Shown piece by piece: positions 49,801-57,304 of a DNA stretch of 57,304 nt; the first letter of the stretch is position 1, and each line of letters opens with the position of its first letter. This DNA is from Phoronis australis (lineage: Eukaryota > Animalia > Phoronida). The notes beneath the pieces were generated by a model that saw only the letters and a program-made list of their open reading frames with translations, had not been told where the DNA came from and did not search any database. The translations under genes and the position numbers were made by a program. The stretch spans positions 1 through 57,304 of the forward strand of contig NMRA01000278.1 of NCBI GenBank assembly GCA_002633005.1, given 5' to 3'.

Positions 49801-50670
49801 ACTAGAGTCGACCTTTTGATGCTCGTGGATAGACAGTTAATTCTTCAGCAAATGATGTGTGTGATCTTTTCACTTCAGGAACCTGTCCGAAACTATCCAG
49901 ATTCAATATCAAGCAATACACGTGGACTAGTGGGAAAGAAGAGGACGAAGGTCTTCTTTTCGTAAGGAACACCGGAGCTGCCTGTCTCAAGTGTGGGACT
50001 GCTCACACAAAGGAGTCCAAATACGTCAACAGACGACTTATCTAGCAGCTAACTTTTTCAAAAAACGAGTCCAAGGTTTCGAGTTGTGCATACGCAGTGG
50101 GTGCGCACTAATTTGGTGTAAAACTGGTTAGAACAAACAAGATTATGGATTGCGCTCTAACGGACTTGAAAATGAAATGAATATCTCTCTAAATGCGCGC
50201 ATCCAGGGGTGGCTCGAGGAGCTCAAAACGGGCAACAAGGTCCGCCTCAGAGAAACAAAAAGTCCTACATAACGAGACAAAAGTCCACTAAAAGGAATAA
50301 ACGCACAATTCACAGCTCCGAACCTGGTATCCCGTTTTTAGTCCTCCCGCATTTTTTGTTGGTAAAAGGTCCACATCGTCGGAAATTCAAGCAACCCGTG
50401 TTACTGGTTGGGTGTGGGCATGCTCTTGAAACACAGTGTAGCAAGTATTCACTTGGTTGATGTTAACACATGTGAATCGATTAAGAGCAGATGGGGGCTC
50501 ATCACCATCATGTTGGCGTTAGTGCAACGAGGGTGGCTTGAATATCTCGCAATTCTTCGGCTAAGATCATTGCGACACTAACGTCACTTCAACTTCAGAT
50601 CATCCATTTCAGACATTTCACTCTAAAGTACCTGTCATTATTTTCCTTCGCAGGTATTTTACAAGACTAG
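19523..50670 (+). CDS. Spliced 8-exon gene, about 373 aa secreted protein: signal peptide, PAN/Apple, six-Cys module, CTHRC1 C-terminal domain, fibronectin type II
   Basis: Exon lengths 369+33+85+95+199+156+168+17 = 1122 nt, one open frame ending in TAG. Intron phases 0,0,1,0,1,1,1 are all mutually compatible and internal acceptors are pyrimidine-rich yAG. Linking all exons into one transcript is inferred. Confidence 0.75.
20447..20750 (+). mobile_element. Probable left end of a Tc1/mariner (pogo-like) DNA transposon
   Basis: TA-CCGTcagagg start, followed by duplicated gccctaaagtcgtga and an inverted copy ttcacgactttagg at about 20733. Right end not found. Confidence 0.45.
23240..23730 (-). 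mobile_element. CR1/L2-like LINE reverse transcriptase fragment
   Basis: GEPQGNILGPVLFSLYVNDLPDTINSKAFLYVHNTAIF is a degenerate GVPQGSxLGPxLFxxYxNDLP...LYADDT motif. Confidence 0.85.
25142..25174 (+). CDS. Exon 2: 33-nt microexon (DGATANRSHQH)
   Basis: Acceptor gatttttacAG, donor GTAAGT, phase 0-0; contains an NRS N-glycosylation sequon. Confidence 0.7.
25403..25487 (+). CDS. Exon 3: Cys-rich module (DKECVKANCTDGKQSCVRDCTNDVGVCV) ending at a GC donor
   Basis: Acceptor cacttttttcAG, five Cys in 28 codons, donor G|GCAAGT at 25488 in phase 1, matching the phase-1 start of exon 4. Confidence 0.75.
26170..26870 (+). mobile_element. Decayed Jockey/I-like LINE: end of ORF1 and APE endonuclease N-terminus
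   Basis: RLLHININGARGKRKTLIGYLAHEEPD..VS/ET, a GRxGGGVGI-like motif and AVVSIYNLPG. Upstream KHRSCSHCTAYK resembles a zinc-knuckle remnant. Confidence 0.75.
27290..27690 (+). repeat. Dispersed repeat; inverted partial copy of the 53340-54210 element
   Basis: cattttgggggttccttttttggcttcagccgggcccattccagagtgcaatttgtctgccatgggtcattcgg is nearly the reverse complement of about 53550-53630; similarity continues to about 53350. Confidence 0.85.
28105..28712 (+). repeat. Tandem repeat, 160-bp unit, about 3.7 copies
   Basis: tagaaataatgca at 28201, 28361 and 28521, with a shorter diverged unit at about 28669. Confidence 0.95.
28975..29335 (+). repeat. Non-autonomous element with (ttaggg)-like spacer and gggaaca(t)ag short repeats
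   Basis: ttagggttagggttaggcttag at about 28998, then about 10 degenerate ggaacatag units at 29126-29330. Confidence 0.55.
29848..30040. repeat. Array of quasi-palindromic ggatcctatagga motifs (MITE-type)
   Basis: Repeated (g/a)atcc(t/a)ataggat variants, about 8-10 copies. Confidence 0.7.
30130..32785 (+). mobile_element. Head-to-tail cluster of Helentron/HINE-like non-autonomous elements with internal 430-480 bp tandem units
   Basis: Two 5' ends actaga(g/a)agATTATTGTCA.....TGACAATAATggactctgca at 30671 and 31151. Hairpin ACTCTGCGC-ttgaac-GCGCAGAGT at 30646-30669. (aagaat)n tails. Internal marker gcacctaat at 30987, 31463, 31903 and 32334; tgacctttgacc motifs. Confidence 0.7.
34389..35743 (+). 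mobile_element. Non-autonomous Kolobok-type DNA transposon carrying a decayed THAP domain (34561-34830)
   Basis: Imperfect TIR: AGGAGAATGCCACTCC versus reverse-complemented right end AGGACAACGCCAACCC; flanks ATAA and TTAA. THAP reads MVWCIVPACANY/fs/AGISFFRFPQEPELLRKWL...*..FLRVCGRHFVDSD. Confidence 0.8.
37816..37910 (+). CDS. Exon 4: end of Cys module and start of CTHRC1-like domain (APYKECDEVPVANIRHYYYKNYTSDNDSSALL)
   Basis: Acceptor ttcttctcaaacacAG, donor TTG|GTAAGT, phase 1 to 0. The last 20 residues align without gaps to the [20 protein letters not shown] segment of CTHRC1. Confidence 0.75.
38100..40200 (-). mobile_element. Decayed LINE (L2/CR1-group-like) RT and 3' region, antisense in intron 4
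   Basis: Minus-strand motifs in order: YPS*WNEGATAPSFKSGAEDDP, VLGEAQAGFCKG, AFFDFQKA, LYSMFLNDLE, YCSRWKLRVNMSKT, LLACPLYDEVRNR. Confidence 0.85.
40380..40578 (+). CDS. Exon 5: CTHRC1 C-terminal domain core
   Basis: TKTFKKQYSFTSLRVRFRGIVRAGYGCRICCNRWYFTFNDQECSSPGKIEIIWY...FRPAI contains the diagnostic CCxRWYFTFNxxECSxPxxIE motif. Acceptor tgtgtttcAG, donor G|GTGAGT. Confidence 0.95.
40737..40892 (+). CDS. Exon 6: CTHRC1 C-terminal domain end
   Basis: VDGMCDLPKSGDIVVSFHVGACSVHGLGNAYTGWVGNGVSMTIEENDVRRSF matches VEGLC...VGTC...GDASTGW...IIIEE. Acceptor caatttcAG, donor G|GTGAGT, phase 1-1. Confidence 0.95.
41097..41326 (+). mobile_element. tRNA-derived SINE, copy 2
   Basis: A-box TGGCTTAGTGGG, B-box GGTTCGAATCCC, body collinear with 7141-7378. 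Confidence 0.85.
43100..44400 (+). mobile_element. PIF/Harbinger-like non-autonomous element with a Myb/SANT-like remnant and nested MITEs
   Basis: Left end gccgatttcataaag|ctggattaa versus reverse-complemented right end ggtcggtttggtaaaggtggtttaa. Many aaaccaggtt/aacctggttt subterminal palindromes. Internal FGKMSKSISREE and LRQRKWNSVRRFRRR. Another left-end copy at 44812-44900. Confidence 0.6.
43116..43320 (-). mobile_element. MITE family B copy with perfect 5-bp TSD TAAAG, nested in the Harbinger-like end
   Basis: Reverse complement of the 55107-55359 element with an internal deletion. TAAAG at 43111-43115 and 43321-43325. Confidence 0.85.
46820..47050. repeat. A/T-rich low-complexity tract, degenerate (aaat)n
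   Basis: Run of aaataaataa-like units with very little C/G. Confidence 0.8.
48713..48880 (+). CDS. Exon 7: fibronectin type II domain
   Basis: ETDLPTYDGNAGGSSCTFPFVYKGLSYSACIEADHDQLWCATTSNYDSDQRWGNCP has the CxFPFxYxG...C...WCATTxNYDxDxxWGxC signature. Acceptor tgctttccacAG, donor CAG|GTAAGG, symmetric phase 1-1. Confidence 0.95.
50192..50422 (+). mobile_element. MITE family B copy
   Basis: aatgcgcgcatccagg...aaggtccgcctcagagaaacaaa...ttgggtgtgggcatg, collinear with 55107-55359; flanks CTCTA/CTCTT. Confidence 0.85.
50654..50670 (+). CDS. Exon 8: probable terminal coding exon (GILQD*)
   Basis: Strong acceptor attttccttcgcAG; phase-1 entry gives G-I-L-Q-D-TAG. Too short for homology support. 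Confidence 0.55.
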
Positions 50671-51559
50671 GTTTATCAAAATAATTATTTAAAAAGCAAG
50701 AACGTGGGTAATCTTCTTGGTATTCCTGTAAATTGCTTTGCTGTGTTCCTGCCATTGACAAAGGGGTGCGCTAGGTTCCAAGTGCTATAGTAGAGATTGG
50801 CTCAGAAACGTTACACAGGATTTTGCTTCTTATGAGATTTATTCTGAAACTATCGAACTATAGAAATCAAATAGCTAGGATAATATGTCATTTCAACCAA
50901 ACTACAAACGGTAATGTGCTTTGATGCTATTTTTGCTTGTTTAAAATTCACCAAGGTATCCCTTTCAGTCGGCGAAAATTTTTTCATGATCAAAGTTTTT
51001 CAGTCAACAAAAACATGTGTTTCAGAGACCTGTGCACTCTTCAATATAACCATCCTGGACAGCCGTGCCAAAACATGATAAAATTTGCACTTCTTGATAA
51101 AGTTTAATTTTGCGCGAAGTTTTACTCGGTTAGGCCGGCTGGCCGAGTTCTTGCTGTACATGTACATATACAGTAGGTCACCAGTCGAAAGTGGATATCA
51201 CGCACACCAGATTGAAACCTGCTTAGTGTTTATTTACAAAGTTATTTAGAATAGCACGGTTATAAAGATACACTGTACCAATGGTCCAATACAACATTGA
51301 TGGATTAAACACACGAACCACTGCAAGCATAAGCAACATACATCTGAAGGTTCAAATGTACATGTAGTCGAGTGATTGTCAGCTTAGCTCACAGCCTGCA
51401 ATTATTCTTGCAGTCGAAACGGTGGGCATTTAAAGCGTATTTAATCAAGCATTACTATTTTTATACTTTGGTAGAACTGCCATTTGTATTGAAATGTTTG
51501 TCACATTAGTGATTTCGTCCACCAAATTTTTCAAGGAGCCAAAACTTGGCTAAGAATTT

Positions 51560-52530
51560 GGGGTTACCGTGACCCTGTTCCGTTTCTTGCCTCACACATT
51601 CTCCCGCTATATTCCAGACGTTCTACTACTTTAAGAGAGCAACTGACACTGCCATTCGCGTTCTGTTTCAATCCACCATTTGCTTGCACGGGCATGGCGA
51701 ACTGCTCTATGATATTCGCTTTGATGGCCTTGATTGCACTAGCCCTGGCGCCATAAATGGTATTTACGCCCACTGGAACACCGCAGTTGTTGACAACACC
51801 CATGATGGAACCGGAGGAAGTAAGTGGACTGTAATATTTTGTGTTGAACAGTCGTCGTGACGCCCATACGTCTAGACGAGGGCCTCAGGAGTCCTCCCGA
51901 ATGTAGCTTAAATCGGGCGTTCTGCAATTAAGAAAGAATTGAAAAATGATTAATATAAATTTTCCTTCCATTGCAATGCATTCAATGTCGCTTTGATAGC
52001 AGACCCCGAAGTTTTCCCAAAGAAGACAATTGCATGAGATGATTACACATAAAACTGCACATTGGACACAAAATCCGCGTCTACCATGAGAGCATATAAA
52101 GAACTGACAATCCATCTTACTCTTTAAGTCTTCACCTGTCATAAAAATAAAAAAGTCCAGCATCAATGCCAATAACACTTAGCGATGCTTCACATTGCAA
52201 TGATTTTGCACCTGTCTCGTTCGAAAAGAACGCAGTGCTTGTATGAATCATCAACTATATTCCATAGATAATTTGTAACAAATAGTGCTACAAGCAAATC
52301 CGTCAAAATTCACTTGCTGCAATTTTATCGGCAACGTGCCCAAAGAAATAGGCAACCGTAGCATCTCGGATAGCTGGACATGGGATACAATACGCCCCAT
52401 CGGTTTCTTTACTAATATCCTCCGTGTATTTTAAACCACAACCAGACGAATTTCCCCAATGATTGTGCTTCTCTTGGCTGAAGTACAACAAATACTCGGT
52501 TTTTGGGCGGAGATTTCCGAGGTCTGACCG
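51560..52530 (-). mobile_element. Decayed hAT-type (TTF zinc finger / ZMYM1-like) transposase N-terminal fragments
   Basis: WFK...ISKETDGAYCIPC near 52380-52440. A second stretch at 51565-51860 has RRLFNTKYYS, GHQSEYHRAV and LKVVERLEYSGRMCEA../QGHG, resembling L..IV....GRQ.IALRGH. Confidence 0.45.
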
Positions 52531-53339
52531 CATGTTTAGTCACGAGAAATCGCCTTTCGGCGACTGCCAGATTTCACAGTAGGCCTACTTAAGAAGCCAC
52601 CTACCCATGATTCTTCGGTTATAAACAACCTTATTTTACAAAACCAGAGTTTAAATTACTTTCATATTTCAAATTGATGCTTAGTCGTGTGGAGGGCACT
52701 CAGCATTTATGGTCGTGGGAAAACAGAACTTCGGAACTTCGTCGGGATCGTCTGTGAAAAATCGATATGTACACGATGGTCGTCTGCCACGAACGTAACA
52801 AGATTGCTTCCTTGAAATTGCGATTTTGGTGTTGTTTACATTTCTGTTTTTTAATCACCACTCGAAGGCAATTTGATGTGATCAGGGGAAAGGAGGTATC
52901 CAAAGGTGTGTTCGATGTTGATTTCGTAGAGTTCCATGCACATTTGAGTAGCAAATTGTGAGGGAACCAATTTATATTAGTATCCAACATTTATATATTA
53001 TTGGTACTGTAGTGTCTGGCGTTAGTGGTGCTGGAAAAACAGATAAACTCAAGTGCTTGTGTTTTGAACAGGCAATAACCCAAATCCTGTCACCTAATTA
53101 GTGGTTTTCACCTCGCCAAAGTACATCTTACATTTAACATTATCACTTAAAGTGCGCTTTCTTTCTTCAGCGATCCCTTCTGGCTATATAAATATCTGTG
53201 ATGCATCTTGTGTACGGGAATTTAAGATGACTTTGGCGAACGATACTAAGTCCACTCTTTTGGTCGCCAATATCTTATTCACCGCGTGCAAAAACCACAA
53301 AGTATTCTTGATGCCACGTGGGTTATAGACCCGCAGCCC

Positions 53340-54210
53340 AGAGCACTTAGCATAGATGAACGAGGTACCAACATCTGACCACGGGAGCATTTAAAGTCCA
53401 CCTCAGTATATACAGAAATGGACGTCTGCCGTTGTCTGCACTCTGGGTGTGACCCCTGGGGGCCTTACAAACAGCCCAAACATGAGCTAGACTAGATATT
53501 CGAGGTACCAACCAAAACTGATTTAAAACGAATAATAGTACCGCACTGAACACTGAATGACCCATGACAGACAAATTGCACTCTGGAATGTGTCCGGCAG
53601 AAACCAAAAAAAGGACCCCCCAAAAATGAGCTAGCACATACATTCGAGGAACCACACAAAACTAATTCCATGTGATTCAATATATGTCACAGATCACTAA
53701 AACCCCTATGACAGACAAAATACACTCTGGGTTGTGCCCGGCAGAAATCCTCAAAAATCTCAACCACGGTTTGCCACCAAAATTTGATCTAGACTAGATT
53801 TTTGAGGTACCGGCCAAAACTGATTTAAAACGAACTATAGTACCGCACTGAACATTGAATGACCCATGACAGACAAATTGCACTCTGGAATGGGTCCGGC
53901 AGAAACCAAAAAAGACCCCCAAAAATGAGCTAGCACATACATTGGAGATACCACAAAAACAATTACATGTCAGAGGTCACTAAATGCCCTATGACCGGCA
54001 GACAAAATATACTCTAGATTGTCCCTGGCAGAAACCCTCAAAAATCTCAACCACGGTTTGCCATTTTTAAGACAGTTAGATTTTCAATGTATCGGCTTAA
54101 ACTGATTTAAAACCAACAATCGTGCTGCACTGAAAACCCAATGACCTTTGAAAGACAAATTTTACTCGGAAATAGTCTGCCAAAAACCCAGAAAGTACCT
54201 TAAAAATGGA
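53340..54210 (+). repeat. Repeat element with an internal tandem array: about 300-bp unit built from two related subunits of about 150 bp
   Basis: actagat.tt.gaggtacc..ccaaaactgatttaaaacgaa at 53491 and 53793, and diverged at about 54075. atgacagacaaa.t.cactctgg..tgtg.ccggcagaaa.c recurs at about 53564, 53708, 53866, 53999 and 54153. Confidence 0.9.
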
Positions 54211-54724
54211 GTTACAATCGTTCATGCAGCTTTCCCCTGCTAGTTCAAGTACTCGGGTGGGAAATCCAAACAACTGGACAACAAGATATTAAAAATTGCA
54301 CCACGAAAATCGAAGTACACAATTGGTGACAAAAGTTGAGTATTTAATAAGTTAACTGCAAAAAGCGGGACCGCAGTAAACAAAAAGTAATTATTAAAAA
54401 CTTTCGTTCACTAAAGCTTGTGTTTACTCTCATGATCACAACAAGCGAAAAGCAGACGGGTGTCAAGATGTAAGACAGTTAACTCGCCTAGTTGTAACTT
54501 TTTGAAGAAATTTTTACATGATGTCGAAATTCAGTGTAGTGTATAGTGTTTGCAATGTTTAGTTTCGCTGAGTCATTTGTCGATGGCCGACATAATGTCT
54601 TCCGTGATAAAATACAAATCACCCCTAATTTGGTGCGCAGCCACGTGGCGGAGTTCCAGTGCTATTTAAATAAATATATAAACAACGATGTGTTTCGGTA
54701 ACAAGGGGTCTCGCTGCAGCATTG

Positions 54725-55790
54725 CCTGAAAATTGCATGCAATGACAGGGTGTGACATCACAGCAGCACTGTTTAGGAAAGGGAAAGGGAGGCCTCTGGA
54801 AATCCTGATGAAAGACTCATCTGGGACACTTATCAGCTTCTTCTCAGAGTTAATAAGCGTAGATGTCCCAGACGGAAGAAAGTTAGAAGACATATGCCTC
54901 CTATTTAATGAAGGGAGGAGTCAAAGATGTCAATGAAGCGCCGATATCTGAAATTAATAGAGACGACCGGAAAAATGAACAAGGTAGTAACTGTAATTGA
55001 TAAAATATAGTTCATAAAAGCAAAGAAAATAATTTCAAATGTTTTCATAGTGTTTAACCAAAATGCTCAGTTTCACGTCAAAAAACAGTAAATGGTGGTG
55101 AGATTTCATGCGCGCACCCAGGAGGGCTCGGGGGGCTCGAAGGAGCCCCCCATTTGGCGAAGTGGGCAAAAAGGTCCGCCTCAGAGAAACAAACAGTCCG
55201 TGGAAACGAGACAAATGTCCACTAAAAAGGCGCAAACGCACAGTTCACAGTACTGACGGTGGTACCCCGTTTTTTTAGTCCTCCAGCTTTTCTGTTAGCA
55301 AAAGGTCCACTTGGTCAGAAATTCGAGCCCCCCAAAACTAGAGGCTGGGTGCGCGCATGGGTTTTATGTTTTTGTTCGTCAGCTTTTAGACAATTGGTCC
55401 CTCGTCAATAAAATTTTCTCCGATGTCCAACATCATGAAGATTGACTGCGCATTTTTCCTCCTTGCCGAAAGACACTATCGAAAAAGCTCAAACGAGCCC
55501 ATTACGTTGCCTTGCTCTGAGACCAAGTGGATTAGGCCGATCCGGGAAACGGTTTGGATCCTCTTACCTACGGTTGGAAGGTACAAGATGGATACTACAC
55601 TCCCAAATGGTTTTGTGGATCTGCCGTTCCTGATGTCCTTTTTGAAGGTGCTGGTCTTTTACAAGAAAACCAAGCCGATCAAGAGGTAAAGGAAATGGGC
55701 TATGACGAAACAAGCGAGCCGGAAGCAAGCTGGAGTAGCAGTGACGGTATTGAAACGTATAAAAAACTAACAGGAAACTACTGTTGACAT
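54725..55790 (+). mobile_element. Decayed Academ-like (XPG/FEN-type nuclease region) transposon coding sequence, interrupted by a probable intron that contains a MITE
   Basis: LHAMTGCDITAALFRKGK...KDVNEA/RYLKL, then KIDCAF/PPCRKTLSKKLKRAHYVALL*DQVD*ADPGNGLDPLTYGWKVQDGYYTPKWFCGSAVPD. These match HAxTGCD..F.KGK and LPP...L..K..RA.Y....W...P...GW...P.W. Confidence 0.8.
55107..55359 (+). mobile_element. MITE family B, best-preserved copy with perfect 15-bp TIR
   Basis: CATGCGCGCACCCAG (55107-55121) and CTGGGTGCGCGCATG (55345-55359); flanks GATTT/GGTTT. Confidence 0.9.
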
Positions 55791-56217
55791 TAAACATATA
55801 GTAAGTAGCTTGATGCTCTTGTCGATACAGTGATTTTGACTATCTGTTACTATGCTCTTTGAAAGTGTTGCTCTATTTCATGTAGTTCATTTTCATTGAA
55901 GAAGGTTTTTAAAAACACGTTTGTTACTTTTCTTTCAACGTACTGTTTAGTAGTCAATGAGATGAAAGGGCTCCTTGGAAATAATTTTCGTGGTTCCTCG
56001 ATCTAGCGCAAATTTAGGGGCCATGTGTTGTCGCTGACGTATCCTTTCTGTTGGCAGTTTTGATAGCGTTTGATATTTTACACAATCTGCGTTCTTAAAC
56101 TTCATTGAGTGGGTTGGTTTTAGACAGTTCCTGGTATCCCAAAGTTTTACTGTTACCAGGTACTTTCCAAAATGCTTACTGTCCGCCATCATCCATTTGA
56201 CATCCCTTACAAAAATG

Positions 56218-56687
56218 AACTTAAGTTTTTCGCTGAAAACTTAAGTTTTTAGCGAAAAAACTTAAGTTTTTGGAAAATAACTTAAGTTTTAGAGGAAAAA
56301 CTTAAGTTCTTCCGAAAAACTTAAGTTTTTAAAAGAAACTTAAGTTTTTAAAACTTAAGTTTTTCGCCAAAAACTTAAGTTTTTCAGCACAATCTTAAGT
56401 TTTTCAGAAAACTTAGGTTTTTTCAGGTGTAAAACTTAAGTTTCCCAAATAAACTTAAGTTTCAAGTAATAACTTAAGTTTTCATGAAAACTTAAGTTTT
56501 TTGAACTAACAAAACTTAAGTTTTTCGGATAACTTAAGTTTATCACAAAACTTAAGTTTTTTTAATTTTAAAAACTTAAGTTTTCCTGACTTCTTAAGTT
56601 TTTCAGAAAATTGGATTTTTTCATGTGTGGAAAACTTGATTTTTTTAAAAACACTAAGGTTTCTATGTGATGAAAATTTACGTTTTC
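56218..56687. repeat. Array of about 20 palindromic AAAACTTAAGTTTT units with short variable linkers
   Basis: About 20 aacttaagtt-type cores at roughly 19-20 bp mean spacing over 56218-56606, then about 4 degenerate units. Confidence 0.95.
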
Positions 56688-56860
56688 TAGTTTTTAAAAT
56701 TTGAATATAGTGAGATATTTTTTAATTTTTGGTTCAAAAATTTTCCTATTATTTTCCAACAAAAAATAATTATTTAGTTTTTAAAATTTGAATATAGTGA
56801 GATATTTTTTAATTTTTGGTTCAAAAATTTTCCCATTATTTTCCAACAAAAATAATAATT
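56688..56860 (+). repeat. Near-identical tandem duplication, 2 x about 87 bp
   Basis: tagtttttaaaatttgaatatagtgagatatttttt...ttccaacaaaaaataat starts at 56688 and 56775. Confidence 0.95.
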
Positions 56861-57304
56861 TGCTCATGCAAAACCCATCATCTGATAAAAATGTTGCCCA
56901 AATGTTTCCTTAACATTTATATAGGTACAAACCGTAAAAGGACGAAAGTTTAACCAGTACTGATTTAGTGCAATTACGTAATCATTATCGCGCGTGAATT
57001 TAAATGTAGACGAACATCCGGTGACCAACAGCAATAAGAATGGACCCAGTGTTAATCCCCTGAGACACTGACCTGGTCAGTACAATCTAATCAATAGAAC
57101 TCATGTAATTCTTAAAAAAACGTAGTTATTGTACAAGTTTCCTTTGTGTTGAGTTGTATTCGTAAGGCAGTTTCCACCGGAAGTCAACAGTTTGAATTTT
57201 ACGACAGTCAAATTCGAAGAAAAAGTCCTGTGTTGGCTAGCCCGCGACAATGAAGTTTATATTACTACGGGCAGAGCCAGCAAGAAGACATTTCACAAGT
57301 TTTG

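Noticed and set aside
56218-56687. CRISPR array
   Set aside because: The repeat is only about 14 bp and the linkers about 0-10 nt. There are no cas genes, and the context is eukaryotic.

Overview
AT-rich (roughly 35-40% GC by eye) animal genomic DNA, most likely a marine invertebrate, judged from spliceosomal introns, tRNA-derived SINEs and its LINE/Kolobok/Academ/hAT/Helentron-type repeats. It is not prokaryotic, and most six-frame ORFs are spurious or transposon debris. One intact-looking gene can be assembled by hand on the + strand: 8 coding exons (19523-19891, 25142-25174, 25403-25487, 37816-37910, 40380-40578, 40737-40892, 48713-48880, 50654-50670). They total 1122 nt (373 aa + stop) and every splice phase is compatible. 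The predicted product is a secreted mosaic protein: signal peptide, PAN/Apple, six-Cys module, CTHRC1 C-terminal domain with no collagen repeat, then fibronectin type II. The model needs a 33-nt microexon and a GC-AG intron. A pseudogenised paralog of exon 1 lies 11 kb upstream (8508-8880). The rest is decayed mobile DNA: four LINE relics, Kolobok-related THAP and KolX/P2X7-ballast relics, an Academ-like XPG relic, hAT and Harbinger relics, MITEs with 5-bp target duplications, two SINE copies, Helentron-like head-to-tail arrays and several tandem or palindromic arrays. All family assignments come from motif recognition; no database search was run.
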